From Acidimicrobiales bacterium (GTDB lineage Bacteria; Actinomycetota; Acidimicrobiia; Acidimicrobiales; CATQHL01): a DNA stretch of 64,000 bases. The notes under the pieces were generated by a model. The model saw only the letters and a program-made list of their open reading frames with translations, had not been told where the DNA came from and made no database searches. The stretch's first letter is position 1, and every line of letters begins with the position of its first letter. Position numbers and translations under genes: made by a program. Below are positions 36,885-47,198 of this stretch, in pieces. The DNA is taken from the NCBI GenBank assembly GCA_965221525.1, contig CBDCSG010000008.1, positions 852,575 through 916,574 of the forward strand, written 5' to 3'.

Positions 36885-37934
36885 CTAGCCGGGAACTCGG
36901 CTTGTGGCGTCGCGGAGGTAAGCCAGCAGGCGCGCCTCGGCTTCGCGGTCGATCTCGAGTTCGGCCGGTGCGTCGCCGCTGACGCTCAGGACCGTGAAGC
37001 GGTCCACCAGGTCGCCGTAGCGGTCGGCGACGATACCGGCGACCTCGGCCGGCGTCCCCACCGCGGCGATGGTGCGCAGCATCTCGTCGTCGATCACGCC
37101 GGCCATTTCTTCCCAGCGGCCCTGCAGGGACAAGTCGCGCAGCTCGGTCTGTGCCTCACCCCAGCCGTGGTGCTCCAGGACGCCCCGGTAGGCCGGCGTC
37201 GAGCCGTAGAAGGCGATTCGCAACCGTGCCGCGAGCGACCGCCGGTCGAACTCCTCGGACGTCTCGGCGACGACGGTGATGGCCGGGAGGGAGAGTTCCA
37301 CCGATCCGGCCGGCCGGCCGGCGTCAGCCTCGCCGGCTCGCAGAGCCGGCAGCGTCACGTCGTTCAGGTACTCGGCGGTCGTGAAGCTATGACAATGCAG
37401 GCCGTCGGCCACGCGGCCCGCGGCCTTGGTCATCAGCGGGCCCACCGCGGCCAGGTAGACCTCCGGGCGGCCGTGCTCGTGCGGCGCCGGGCAGAACAGC
37501 GGCGCCGTGTAGGTGTGCTGGTAGAAGTCGCCGCGGAAGTCCAGCCGATCACCGGTCTCCCAGGTGTCCCAGATGGCGTGCAGCGCCTCGATGTACTCCT
37601 GCATGCGCGCCGCGGGGCGTGACCACGGCATGCTGAACCGCCGGACGATGTGGGCCTTGATCTGCGAGCCGAGCCCCAGGATGAACCGGCCGCCGGCCAG
37701 CGACTGCAGATCCCACGCCGCGTGGGCGGTGGTCATGGGGCTGCGGGCGAACGCCACCGCGATGTTCGTGCCCAGCGCGATGCGCTGCGTGCAGGCGGCG
37801 GCCTCCACCAGCGGGAGGAACGGATCGTGGTTCATCTCGCCCGACCAGGCTCCGTCGAAGCCGGCGGCCTCGATCTCTCGCGCCCGCTGGGACGCGCCGG
37901 TGGGGTTCGCCGGCAGGAGTGCGTCGAGTTGCAT
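36885..37934 (-). CDS. LLM-class F420-dependent oxidoreductase (TIGR03617-like), copy 2
   Basis: HDPFLPL, IAVAFARSPM, GLGSQIKAHIVRRFSMPWS, IAFYGSTPAY; AGGAG RBS. Confidence 0.92.
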   Translation of the reverse strand: MQLDALLPANPTGASQRAREIEAAGFDGAWSGEMNHDPFLPLVEAAACTQRIALGTNIAVAFARSPMTTAHAAWDLQSLAGGRFILGLGSQIKAHIVRRFSMPWSRPAARMQEYIEALHAIWDTWETGDRLDFRGDFYQHTYTAPLFCPAPHEHGRPEVYLAAVGPLMTKAAGRVADGLHCHSFTTAEYLNDVTLPALRAGEADAGRPAGSVELSLPAITVVAETSEEFDRRSLAARLRIAFYGSTPAYRGVLEHHGWGEAQTELRDLSLQGRWEEMAGVIDDEMLRTIAAVGTPAEVAGIVADRYGDLVDRFTVLSVSGDAPAELEIDREAEARLLAYLRDATSRVPG

Positions 37935-37972
37935 GGGGTTCTCCTGTCTCCGGTGGGCGCTGCCGGGTGCCC

Positions 37973-39028
37973 TCAGGTCATGCGGGCCGCGTGCTGGGTG
38001 GCCCGGGCCAGCAGGCCGTCGATGCGGCCCGCGAAACTCTCGATCCCCTCCAGGGGCGCCTTGTCCCCCATGGCGCGGGCGAGGTAGCGCGCCTCGACGC
38101 CGACGAGGATGCACGCCAGGCGCCAGGCGCCCCACGCCAGGTAGAACTCGATCTGATCGAGCGAGCGGCCCGAGGCCGCGGCGTAGGCGTCCAGCACCTC
38201 GGTCCGCGTGTAGAAGCCCTCGACGGCGGTCGGGGCGTTGTCCAGGGCCTGCGATTCGTCGCCGGGCTCGCTCCAGTAGGTGAGCAGTATCGCCACGTCG
38301 GCCAGCACGTCGCCCAGCGTGCAGAGTTCCCAGTCCAGGACCGCCCGCACATGCCCGTCGCCGCCGACGATGCAATTGTCCAGCCGGTAGTCGCCGTGGA
38401 CGATGCCGGTGGTGCCCTGCTCGGGAACACGTGCCGCCAGGTGGTCGTGGACGGCGTGGATCTCGGGCCGCTCGACGGTGCCGGTGTCGGTGACCTGGCG
38501 CAGCCAGCGGCGGAGCTGCCGGGCCACGTATCCCTCCCGCCTGCCGTGGTCGGCCAACCCCACGGCGTCGGGGTCGAAGCTGTGCAGGCGGGCCAGCACC
38601 TCGACGAGTGAGCGACTCAGTGCCCGCCGCGTCGGCACAGGGAGCGCACGGGACTCGTCCGCATCCCGCAGGATGGCCCCGTCCACGTACTCCATCACGT
38701 AGAACGGCGCACCGTTCACGGCGGGGTCGGCGCACATCCCGAGTGGTCGCGGCACCGGGAACCCTTCGGGGGCCAGCGCGGCGATGACCCGGTGCTCGCG
38801 TCCCATGTCGTGGGCCGTGGCCAGCACGTTGTGCAGGGGAGGCCTGCGCAGCACCCATTGCCGCTCGTCGACGTCGCTGACGACGAAGGTCATGTTGGAG
38901 TGTCCGGCCTCGATCAGGCAGAACGCCAGCGGGGGACGCGCCGCGGGCACGTGCACGGCGAACCAGGCCGTCACGGCCTCGGAGTCGACGCCCGGGGGCG
39001 CCCCAGCGGTGGGAACGGAGTGGCTCAT
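37973..39028 (-). CDS. APH-family phosphotransferase (ACAD10/11-like)
   Basis: GHSNMTF, VLRRPP..TAHDMGREH, HGDYRLDN, VLDWELCTLGD. Confidence 0.92.
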   Translation of the reverse strand: MSHSVPTAGAPPGVDSEAVTAWFAVHVPAARPPLAFCLIEAGHSNMTFVVSDVDERQWVLRRPPLHNVLATAHDMGREHRVIAALAPEGFPVPRPLGMCADPAVNGAPFYVMEYVDGAILRDADESRALPVPTRRALSRSLVEVLARLHSFDPDAVGLADHGRREGYVARQLRRWLRQVTDTGTVERPEIHAVHDHLAARVPEQGTTGIVHGDYRLDNCIVGGDGHVRAVLDWELCTLGDVLADVAILLTYWSEPGDESQALDNAPTAVEGFYTRTEVLDAYAAASGRSLDQIEFYLAWGAWRLACILVGVEARYLARAMGDKAPLEGIESFAGRIDGLLARATQHAARMT

Positions 39029-39105
39029 GGGTTCCCGGCCACGCTACTGCGGAGCCTCACCCGGATCCGTGCGGTGATTCTCGCCGGGCGTCCGTACGGC
39101 GAGAG

Positions 39106-39160
39106 TAAGTGATGTATTGAGCTATATCAAGCTATGTAATGCAGTATTAGAGTCTTAGGC
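39106..39160. promoter_or_regulatory. AT-rich divergent promoter region between the phosphotransferase gene and comEA
   Basis: Abrupt AT-rich tract TAAGTGATGTATTGAGCTATATCAAGCTATGTAATGCAGTATTAGAGTCTTA in a high-GC background. Confidence 0.6.
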
Positions 39161-39169
39161 TGGTGTGCC

Positions 39170-39868
39170 ATGGATCCAGAGTCGGGAGGGGGGTGGGGCG
39201 CAACAGTCCAAAGGTTCCCGCGGGTCTCGTGGCGCTCAGCGGGACTGGCGGTCGCCGTGCCGTTGGTGATCGCCGGCGGGTACCTCGCCCTCCGCGCAGA
39301 GCAACCCGCCGCGGCGATCGTGCTGCCGAGAGCGGCCGAAGCGCCCGTGCTTGCCACCACGACCAGTGCGGTTCCTGCCGGCGACCCCGGCGCACCGACG
39401 ATCGTCGTCCATGCCGCGGGCGCCGTGGCGCGGCCGGGCATCTACCGGTTCTCCGATCCGGCGCGGGTCGTCGATCTGCTCGACGCCGCCGGTGGCGCGG
39501 CGGCCGGTGCAGACCTCAGCGGGATCAACCTCGCGGCGCCGCTACCGGACGGCGCGCGGGTCTACTTCCCCTCGCTGGGGGAGGAGCCGCGGGCTGAAAT
39601 GGACGTCGTCGAGGCACCTCCCGGTTCGTCGGGTCCGGCGCGCCCGGGCGGTGGCGCCGACGCACACAGCGAGCCCATCGACATCAACGCGGCCTCCGCC
39701 GCTGAGTTCGAGCGGCTGCCGGGCATCGGCCCGGTCACCGCCGCGGCGATCGTCGAGCATCGTGATCGGATGGGACCCTTCCGGTCCGTCGAGTCGCTGC
39801 AGGACGTGAGCGGCATCGGGCCCGTGAAACTCGGCGGCATCCGGGACCTGGTGACAGTCGGCCCGTGA
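39170..39868 (+). CDS. comEA: Competence protein ComEA (SLBB + HhH)
   Basis: VVHAAGAVARPGIY, INLAAPLPDG, IDINAAS..LPGIGP..GPFRSVESLQDVSGIG. Confidence 0.93.
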   Translation: MDPESGGGWGATVQRFPRVSWRSAGLAVAVPLVIAGGYLALRAEQPAAAIVLPRAAEAPVLATTTSAVPAGDPGAPTIVVHAAGAVARPGIYRFSDPARVVDLLDAAGGAAAGADLSGINLAAPLPDGARVYFPSLGEEPRAEMDVVEAPPGSSGPARPGGGADAHSEPIDINAASAAEFERLPGIGPVTAAAIVEHRDRMGPFRSVESLQDVSGIGPVKLGGIRDLVTVGP

Positions 39869-41766
39869 CGGGGACCGGGCCCGAGGCCATCGCCGGCGAC
39901 GATCGGGTCCCGGCGCCGGCCCTCCCCGCCGGCGGCACCGCGGGGGACGGAGGGATGCCCGCGACACGCGGCGGGCGGGACCGCGCCATGTCGGACCGCT
40001 GGACGTATGCCCTTGCGGCCGCAGTGGCGCTCGGGTGCCTGACGGCCTGGCCGGGCCCGCGGCTGGTGGCGCTCGGCCTCGTCGTGGCGGCCTTGGCCTT
40101 GCGCCGCCCGTTGTTGCTGTGCTGTGCCGCCGGGTTTCTGGCCTCGTTCGCCGCGGCGGCAGAGACCGCCGCCGCGTCCAGCGAGATCGAACCCGGCCCG
40201 ATGGATGGGCGCATCGTCGTGGTGAGCGATCCGGTCCGCGACGGCGGGGCGACGCGCTTCGTGGGCGACACCGCCCGCGGGCGCCTGGAGGCCTGGGCCT
40301 GGGGACGCGCCGGAGCCCGACTCTCCCGTCTCGATGCCGGCGAGGTCGTCGAGGTGCAGGGTCGCATCGCAACCCTGCCCGGCCATGCGGACTGGCTGCG
40401 GCAGCGAGGGATCCGGGGTCGCCTGACCGTGACCGAGGTGGGCGATGTCCACCCCGGTGCGGCGCACTACCGCGCGGCCAACAGGCTGCGGTCGGTTCTC
40501 GTGCAGGGTGCGACCTCGTTGCCCGACGACCGGCGGGCGCTGTTCAGCGGACTCGTCTTCGGCGACGACCGGGATCGCTCGCCGATCACAGCGGACGACT
40601 TCCGGGGGGCCGGGCTGACGCACCTCCTGGCCGTGTCCGGGCAGAACGTGGCGTTCGTCCTGCTGATCTGCCAACCGCTCGTGTTGCGGCTGGGACTCTG
40701 GGGCCGCTGGTTGGCGATACTCGGCGTTCTCGGACTGTTCGCCACCGTGACGCGCTTCGAACCGTCCGTGCTGCGGGCGACGGTCATGGCGGCCGTCGCG
40801 GTGACCGTCTGGCTGGCCGGGCGCCAGGCCTCGGGGCGCCGGGTGCTGGCGCTGGCGGTCGCGGCGTTGCTGCTGTGGCAGCCGCTGCTGGTTCACTCGC
40901 TGGCGTTCCGCCTGTCGGTGGCGGCCTCGGCGGGGATCCTGTTCTGGGCGCCGCGCCTCGCCGAGCGGATCGGCGGTCCGCGCCCGCTGGCACGAGCCCT
41001 GGCGGTCACCGCTTCGGCCCAGCTTGCGGTGGCGCCGTTGATCGTGCCGATCTTCGGAGGCGTCCCGGTCGCGGCGCTGCCCGCCAATCTGCTGGCGGCG
41101 CCCGCGGCCGCGGGGGTGATGATGTGGGGTCTCACCGCCGGCTTCGTGGCCGGACTGGTTCCCGGCGCCGCGGCCGCCGTCCTTCATGTGCCCACACGAG
41201 CGCTGCTGGCGTGGATCGAAGGGATCGCCGCTGCGTTCACCGGGCTCCGTCTCGGATATCTCGGTCTGGCGCACGTCGTGGCGCTGGGCGCCGCTCTGGT
41301 CGTCGTGGTCGCCGCCCGGCGCCGGCCACGGACGGTCCTGGTTGTGTGGGCCGTTGCCGCAGGAGTGCTCGTCGCCCCCATGCTCGCCGAGCGAGCGGCG
41401 CCCGAGCCCGGCCCGCAGGCGCTCGCCGTCGGCCGGGCGTCAACCCTCTGGTGGGCCGCCGACGGCACCGTCCTGGCGCTGGGCGCCGCCGAGGATGCCG
41501 AGCGGCTGATCGGTGACATCAGGATCGCGGGGCCCGAGCGCATCGACCTGGTCGTGGCCTCGGCGGGCGGAACGCGCGCGGCATCCGATGTGGCAGTGCT
41601 GCGCCAGCGCTACGGCGATGCCGTCGTGTGGGCGCCGAGCGGGAACCGGATCGCCGGTGCGGCCGTCGTCACCGAGGGACTGACCGCGGTCGTGGGCTCG
41701 CTGCAGGTGACGGTCACCGGCGGCGGCACGGCACCGGGGATCCTGGTGACAGCGGCCGGCGGGTAG
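39865..41766 (+). CDS. comEC: Competence protein ComEC/Rec2 (degenerate C-terminal MBL domain)
   Basis: GLTHLLAVSGQNV, PSVLRATVM, FRLSVAAS, ANLLAAP. Confidence 0.9.
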   Translation: MTGTGPEAIAGDDRVPAPALPAGGTAGDGGMPATRGGRDRAMSDRWTYALAAAVALGCLTAWPGPRLVALGLVVAALALRRPLLLCCAAGFLASFAAAAETAAASSEIEPGPMDGRIVVVSDPVRDGGATRFVGDTARGRLEAWAWGRAGARLSRLDAGEVVEVQGRIATLPGHADWLRQRGIRGRLTVTEVGDVHPGAAHYRAANRLRSVLVQGATSLPDDRRALFSGLVFGDDRDRSPITADDFRGAGLTHLLAVSGQNVAFVLLICQPLVLRLGLWGRWLAILGVLGLFATVTRFEPSVLRATVMAAVAVTVWLAGRQASGRRVLALAVAALLLWQPLLVHSLAFRLSVAASAGILFWAPRLAERIGGPRPLARALAVTASAQLAVAPLIVPIFGGVPVAALPANLLAAPAAAGVMMWGLTAGFVAGLVPGAAAAVLHVPTRALLAWIEGIAAAFTGLRLGYLGLAHVVALGAALVVVVAARRRPRTVLVVWAVAAGVLVAPMLAERAAPEPGPQALAVGRASTLWWAADGTVLALGAAEDAERLIGDIRIAGPERIDLVVASAGGTRAASDVAVLRQRYGDAVVWAPSGNRIAGAAVVTEGLTAVVGSLQVTVTGGGTAPGILVTAAGG

Positions 41767-41776
41767 CGTCTCGGGC

Positions 41777-42688
41777 GTGCTGGTGGAGTTGGGCGAGCGA
41801 CGCTACGACCTGGCAGATCGTCCACTGGTGATGGGGATCCTGAACCGCACGCCCGACTCGTTCTACGACGCCGGGCAGTACTGGGGATTCGATGACTTCC
41901 TCCGCAAGGCCGCCCAACTCTCCGACGAGGGGGCCGACATTCTCGACGTCGGGGGGGTGAAGGCGGGTCCGGGCTGCGAGGTGACGGCCGCCGAGGAGAT
42001 CGACAGGGTCGTGCCGGCCGTCGAGGCGCTCGCCGCCCGCTTCGACGTGCCGCTCTCGGTGGACACGTGGCGCGCCCCGGTCGCCGAGGCGGCGTATGCC
42101 GCCGGTGCGGTCCTCGGCAACGACATCAGCGGCTTCGCCGACCCGGACTACCTGATCGTCGCCGCCGAGGCCGGCGCCAGCGTGGTGGCCTGCCACGTCC
42201 GGCTGGCCCCCCGCTTCGCCGACCCCGAACCGATCTATGACGACCTCCTCGCCGACGTCCGGAGCTATCTGGCCGAGCGCGCCGGCTGGGCGACACATGC
42301 CGGACTGAGCCGCTCCCGGGTTCTTCTGGACGCCGGGTTGGACCTCGGCAAGACCCCGGCCATGTCGGCTGAACTGCTGCGGCGCAGCGATGATCTCGCC
42401 GCCCTCGGCTATCCGGTGCTCCTGTCGGCATCCAACAAGGGCTTCCTCGGATGGTTGGGGGGCACGGACATCACGGACCGCCGCGTGGGGACCATCGCGG
42501 CCCACGCCGTGGGCCTGCTGGGTGGCTGCGGTGTGATCAGGGCTCATGACGTCAAGGGCACGAGGCGGGTCGTCGAGGTCGTCTCCTCGCTGGCGCGATC
42601 CCGACGGGGCGCCGCAGCGAGAGCCGGCGGCCACGCGGCACCCGACGGCCTGCGCCGGGTTGGGACGCCGGTGGGCTCGGGGCCATGA
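41777..42688 (+). CDS. folP2: Dihydropteroate synthase-like protein (FolP2 type)
   Basis: MGILNRTPDSFYD, DVGGVKAGPG, SVDTW, SNKGFLG, RAHDV. Confidence 0.85.
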   Translation: MLVELGERRYDLADRPLVMGILNRTPDSFYDAGQYWGFDDFLRKAAQLSDEGADILDVGGVKAGPGCEVTAAEEIDRVVPAVEALAARFDVPLSVDTWRAPVAEAAYAAGAVLGNDISGFADPDYLIVAAEAGASVVACHVRLAPRFADPEPIYDDLLADVRSYLAERAGWATHAGLSRSRVLLDAGLDLGKTPAMSAELLRRSDDLAALGYPVLLSASNKGFLGWLGGTDITDRRVGTIAAHAVGLLGGCGVIRAHDVKGTRRVVEVVSSLARSRRGAAARAGGHAAPDGLRRVGTPVGSGP

Positions 42689-43761
42689 CTCCGGCCGGCG
42701 CGGTGGACTCCGGTGTGCCCGCCACGAAGGGGGCCGGTCCCGAACTCGTGTCCGGCAGCGAGCCGGCGGTCCTCTCCCGGCTCGTCACCGACGCCACCGC
42801 CCGGCTCACCGGAGGTGCCGACGCCACCCTGGTCGTGACCGAGCTCGGTGAGAGCGACTACCTGCACGATGACGGTTCGATATCGGTGGCGCCGGTCGTG
42901 GAGGCTGCACAGACACCGCCCATGCTCGGCGGCCACCGCGTCATCGTGGCCCGCCAACTCGGCGTCGTCCCCGATCCGGAGGCGCTCGCCCCGCTGATCG
43001 AATACCTGTCCGAGCCCCTGGCGACGACGCGGCTGCTGCTCGTGTGGGAGAGGGGGTCGACGCAGTCTCAACTTCGCAAGGTGCCCGCAGTGCTGACCCG
43101 CGCCGTGGAATCGTCGGGGGGGACGTGCCGCCGTGCCGAGATCCCCCGGGCGCGTGCCGGAAGAACCTGGCTGGAGCAGCAACTCGACGGGGCGCCGGTG
43201 AACCTGGACCGGGCCGCCACCGCCCTGCTCACCGAGCATCTCGGGGAGGATCGGGCCAGGGTCTGGGCGATCCTCGACGTGCTCGCCGGCGCCTACGGCT
43301 CCGGAGCGACTCTCGGGGTCGATGACGTCGTGGCGTTCCTGGGCGAGCGGGGAACGGTTCCGCCGTGGGAACTCACCGATGCCATCGGCAAGGGCGACAT
43401 CGCCGGCGCGCTGGGTTGCCTGCAGCGGTTGTGCGGTCCCGAGGCGATGCATCCCATGCAGGTCATGGCGATCCTCCGGAACCACTTCGACCGGATCCTG
43501 CACCTCGACGGGTCCGGCGTGCGCGACGAGGCCGGCGCCGCGGAGGTGCTGCGTGGGGCGGGGCTGCTGCGTCCCGGAGCGAAGACGTTCGGTGCCCGCC
43601 AGGCGCTGGCCGCTTCGCGCCGGTTGGGGCCCGACCGCATCCGCAGGGCGATCGCCCTGCTCGCCGCCGCCGACCTGGATCTGCGCGGGGCGACGGCTCT
43701 CGCCCCCGAGACGGTGCTGGAGGTCCTCGTCGCCCGCCTCGGCCAGTTGTATCGCCACTGA
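42685..43761 (+). CDS. holA: DNA polymerase III delta subunit
   Basis: AQTPPMLGGHRVIV, WELTDAI, ADLDLRG..VLEVLVARL; position before rpsT. Confidence 0.87.
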   Translation: MTPAGAVDSGVPATKGAGPELVSGSEPAVLSRLVTDATARLTGGADATLVVTELGESDYLHDDGSISVAPVVEAAQTPPMLGGHRVIVARQLGVVPDPEALAPLIEYLSEPLATTRLLLVWERGSTQSQLRKVPAVLTRAVESSGGTCRRAEIPRARAGRTWLEQQLDGAPVNLDRAATALLTEHLGEDRARVWAILDVLAGAYGSGATLGVDDVVAFLGERGTVPPWELTDAIGKGDIAGALGCLQRLCGPEAMHPMQVMAILRNHFDRILHLDGSGVRDEAGAAEVLRGAGLLRPGAKTFGARQALAASRRLGPDRIRRAIALLAAADLDLRGATALAPETVLEVLVARLGQLYRH

Positions 43762-43774
43762 GGAGGCGGCGCGG

Positions 43775-44050
43775 CTAGATCTCCTCGCCGGCGTTGATGC
43801 GGGCGATGCGCCGGGTGAGGCGCGACTTCTTGCGGGAGGCCGCGTTGGGATGCAGGATGCCCTTGGCCGCGGCCATGTCGATCCGCTTGACCGCGACCCG
43901 CAGCTTCTCCGCCGCGTCGTCGTCACCGGCCCGCGCGGCGGCCTCGGCGCCGGCGGTGCGGGTGTTGATCTCCGAGCGCGAGGCGCGGTTGCGCTCCCGG
44001 CGCTTGACGTTCTGGCGGTTTCTCTTGATCTGGCTCTTGATGTTGGCCAC
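43775..44050 (-). CDS. rpsT: 30S ribosomal protein S20
   Basis: [36 protein letters not shown]. Confidence 0.97.
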   Translation of the reverse strand: MANIKSQIKRNRQNVKRRERNRASRSEINTRTAGAEAAARAGDDDAAEKLRVAVKRIDMAAAKGILHPNAASRKKSRLTRRIARINAGEEI

Positions 44051-44300
44051 GGTGCTCCTCAGGGTGGCTGTCCGGGCGACCGGTACCTGGCGCGCGTCGC
44101 CCTCGACTGCACGTTCGAATCGACCCGTGCATGCTACCGACGCCGAGTCCCGACCCGTCCCGGCACCTGGCGCGGGCGGTCGGCGGGCGACCGGTAGCAT
44201 TTTCCCGGAGGGATCTTCAGGCGCCCGCCCGCACCCGCAGGTCGTTCGATCGCCCGCCGAGTGCTCCGCCCTTGCATCTGCCGCCGTCGTCTCCGAGGTC

Positions 44301-46088
44301 ATGGATCAGTCCCGCATACGCAACGTTGCGATCATCGCCCACATCGACCACGGGAAGTCCACCCTCGCGGACCGTTTCCTGGAGTTGTGTCAGGCGGTGG
44401 AGCCGCGCGCCATGCGAGCGCAGTACCTCGATTCGATGGATCTCGAGCGCGAGCGGGGGATCACCATCAAGCTCCAGAGCGTGCGCCTGTCCTACGGGCC
44501 GTGGTCCATCAATCTGATCGACACCCCCGGCCACGTCGACTTCGGTTACGAGGTGTCTCGTTCCCTGGCCGCCTGCGAGGGGGTCATCCTGGTGGTGGAC
44601 GCCGCCCAGGGAATCGAGGCGCAGACCCTCGCCAACTGCACGATGGCACTGGAGCACGACCTGACGATCGTGGCGGCGCTCAACAAGCTGGACCTCCCCG
44701 CCGCCGACCCCGATCGGGTGGCCGCAGAGATCGAGCAGGTTCTCGGGATCCCGGCCGGCGACGTGCTGCGCATCTCGGCCAAGACGGGTGAAGGGGTGCC
44801 GGACCTGCTCGACGCGGTCACCGAGCAGGTTCCGGCTCCCGACGGTGATCCCGACGCCGAACTGCAGGCTCTGATCTTCGACTCGCACTTCGACCAGTAC
44901 CGCGGCGTGGTCAGTTCGATTCGTGTTGTGGGGGGCACGCTGCGCGCCGACTCGCAGGTGCGCCTCATGCAGACGGGCGCCACCCACGAGATCCAGGAGA
45001 TCGGCGTCCGCAACCCGGAGTCCACGCCGGTGACCGAACTCGGCCCCGGCGAGGTGGGTTATCTCATCGCGGGTGTGAAGGACACCGCCGAGGCGCGCGC
45101 CGGCGAGACCGTCACCGAGGCGCGCCGGCCCGCACCGGAGCCGCTGGTGGGCTACCGCGAGCCCAAGGCGATGGTGTTCTGCGGGTTGTATCCCATCGAC
45201 GGCGACGAGTACCTCGACCTGCGCGATGCCCTCGACAGGCTGCGCCTCAACGACTCCAGCTTCAGCTTCACCCCCGAGACGTCGACGGCTCTGGGATTCG
45301 GCTACCGCTGCGGGTTCCTGGGACTCCTGCACATGGAGATCATCACCGAGCGCCTCGAGCGGGAGTTCGACCTGGACATCATCGCCACGACCCCGTCGGT
45401 GGAATACCGCGTGCGCACCACCGCCGGAGGGGAGCTCGCCGTCGACAGTCCGAGCCGGCTGCCGCCCGCCGGGGAGGTGGCGACCATCGCCGAGCCGTTC
45501 CTGCTGCTGAGCATCATCGCCCCGGCGCGCCACACCGGCACCCTGATGGAACTGTGCCAGAAGCGTCGCGGCACCCTGAGGGGCATGGACTACCTGTCGC
45601 CGGAGCGGGTCGAACTGCGGTACCGCCTGCCCCTGGCGGAGGTCGTCACCGACTTCTACGACCAACTCAAGAGTCGCACCCAGGGTTACGCCAGCCTCGA
45701 CTACGAGTCCGACGGGTACGAGGACTCCGACCTCGTCAAGGTGGACATCCTGCTGCACCACGATCCGGTGGATGCCTTCAGTTCCATCGTGCACCGCAGC
45801 GAGGCGTACACCTACGGTCGGCGGATGACGGCGAAGCTGCGCGAGCTGATCCCGCGGCAGCAGTTCGACGTGCCGATCCAGGCCGCCATCGGCAGCCGGA
45901 TCATTGCCCGGGAGACCGTCAAGGCCTATCGCAAGGACGTCACGGCCGGGCTGTACGGCGGCGACGTGACGCGCAAGCGGAAGTTGCTCGAACGCCAGAA
46001 GGCCGGGAAGAGGCGGATGAAGGCGATCGGCCGGGTCGAGGTGCCGCCGGAGGCGTTCGTCTCCGCGCTCCGGATGCCGTCCGGCTGA
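44301..46088 (+). CDS. lepA: Translation elongation factor 4
   Basis: [52 protein letters not shown]. Confidence 0.98.
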   Translation: MDQSRIRNVAIIAHIDHGKSTLADRFLELCQAVEPRAMRAQYLDSMDLERERGITIKLQSVRLSYGPWSINLIDTPGHVDFGYEVSRSLAACEGVILVVDAAQGIEAQTLANCTMALEHDLTIVAALNKLDLPAADPDRVAAEIEQVLGIPAGDVLRISAKTGEGVPDLLDAVTEQVPAPDGDPDAELQALIFDSHFDQYRGVVSSIRVVGGTLRADSQVRLMQTGATHEIQEIGVRNPESTPVTELGPGEVGYLIAGVKDTAEARAGETVTEARRPAPEPLVGYREPKAMVFCGLYPIDGDEYLDLRDALDRLRLNDSSFSFTPETSTALGFGYRCGFLGLLHMEIITERLEREFDLDIIATTPSVEYRVRTTAGGELAVDSPSRLPPAGEVATIAEPFLLLSIIAPARHTGTLMELCQKRRGTLRGMDYLSPERVELRYRLPLAEVVTDFYDQLKSRTQGYASLDYESDGYEDSDLVKVDILLHHDPVDAFSSIVHRSEAYTYGRRMTAKLRELIPRQQFDVPIQAAIGSRIIARETVKAYRKDVTAGLYGGDVTRKRKLLERQKAGKRRMKAIGRVEVPPEAFVSALRMPSG

Positions 46089-46162
46089 GTACCCGGCGCG
46101 TGGCGCCGTCCGGTGCCCGGCCGGCGGAGGCCACCGATCATCGGCGGTATCATCGGAACGTC

Positions 46163-47179
46163 ATGGGTTCTCGAGCAGGTGCCCTCTCGTCGCGCAAGGA
46201 GGAGATCCTGCGCGCTGTGGTGGAGTGCTACATCGCGAGTGCCTCACCGGTTGGTTCGGGCACCGTCTGCGACTCGCAGGACTTCGGCGTCTCCCCGGCC
46301 ACGGTCCGCAAGGAGATGCTGGCCCTGGAGCACTCGGGTTACCTGCAGCAGCCGCACACCTCCTCGGGCCGGGTGCCGACCGAGACCGGCTACCGGTACT
46401 TCGTCGACACCTTGATGGAGCCGTACAGTCTCGGCGCCGTCGAGGGCCGGCAGATCGCGGACTTCTTCGAGCATGCACACGGTGAACTCGGTTCGGTCCT
46501 GGCGTCACTGTCCTCGCTGCTCGCCGATGTGACACGGTGCGCCGCGGTCGTGGTCGGGCCACGCGCCGACACCGCGGTCGTGAAGTCGGTCCAGCTCGTG
46601 GAACTCTCCAGCCACATCCTGCTCGTGGTGGCCGTCCTGTCGACGGGCGCGGTGGAGCAACGGGCGCTCGAACTCGACGCTCCCCTGGCGCGCGCCGATG
46701 TCGAGCAGGCCGCGGAGGTCTTGGCGCGGGCACTCGTCGGCAGGCCGGTCGACAGCGAGGTGCCGGTGGAAGTGCAGCCGGCTGCCGTCGGGCGGCTCGT
46801 CTCCTCGGCCGCCGACGCGCTCCGGGGGGCGGGCGACGGGCCCGCCGAGCACCTCTTCATCGGCGGCCATGCCACGGTGGTGCGTTCGTTCGGCGCCGTC
46901 GACACCGCCCAGCGGATCCTTGCCCTGCTCGAGCGGCAGTACGCCGTCATCTCCCTGCTGCGCGACATCGTGGACCGCGGCATGCGCGTGGCCATCGGCG
47001 GCGAGACCGGCCTCGTCCCGCTCAGCGAGTGTTCCGTCGTGGTCTCGCCCTACCTCGTCGAGGGCCAGACGGCCGGCTCCATCGCGGTGTTGGGGCCCAC
47101 ACACCTCAACTACCCCCAGGCGATGGCGACGGTTGCGGTGATCAGCCGGCAGCTCAGCCGGATGCTGAGCAACGGCTAG
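46163..47179 (+). CDS. hrcA: Heat-inducible transcription repressor HrcA
   Basis: VSPATVRKEM..QPHTSSGRVPTETGYRYFVD, VLGPTHLNY. Confidence 0.95.
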   Translation: MGSRAGALSSRKEEILRAVVECYIASASPVGSGTVCDSQDFGVSPATVRKEMLALEHSGYLQQPHTSSGRVPTETGYRYFVDTLMEPYSLGAVEGRQIADFFEHAHGELGSVLASLSSLLADVTRCAAVVVGPRADTAVVKSVQLVELSSHILLVVAVLSTGAVEQRALELDAPLARADVEQAAEVLARALVGRPVDSEVPVEVQPAAVGRLVSSAADALRGAGDGPAEHLFIGGHATVVRSFGAVDTAQRILALLERQYAVISLLRDIVDRGMRVAIGGETGLVPLSECSVVVSPYLVEGQTAGSIAVLGPTHLNYPQAMATVAVISRQLSRMLSNG

Positions 47180-47198
47180 GCCAAACCCGGCGATCGTC

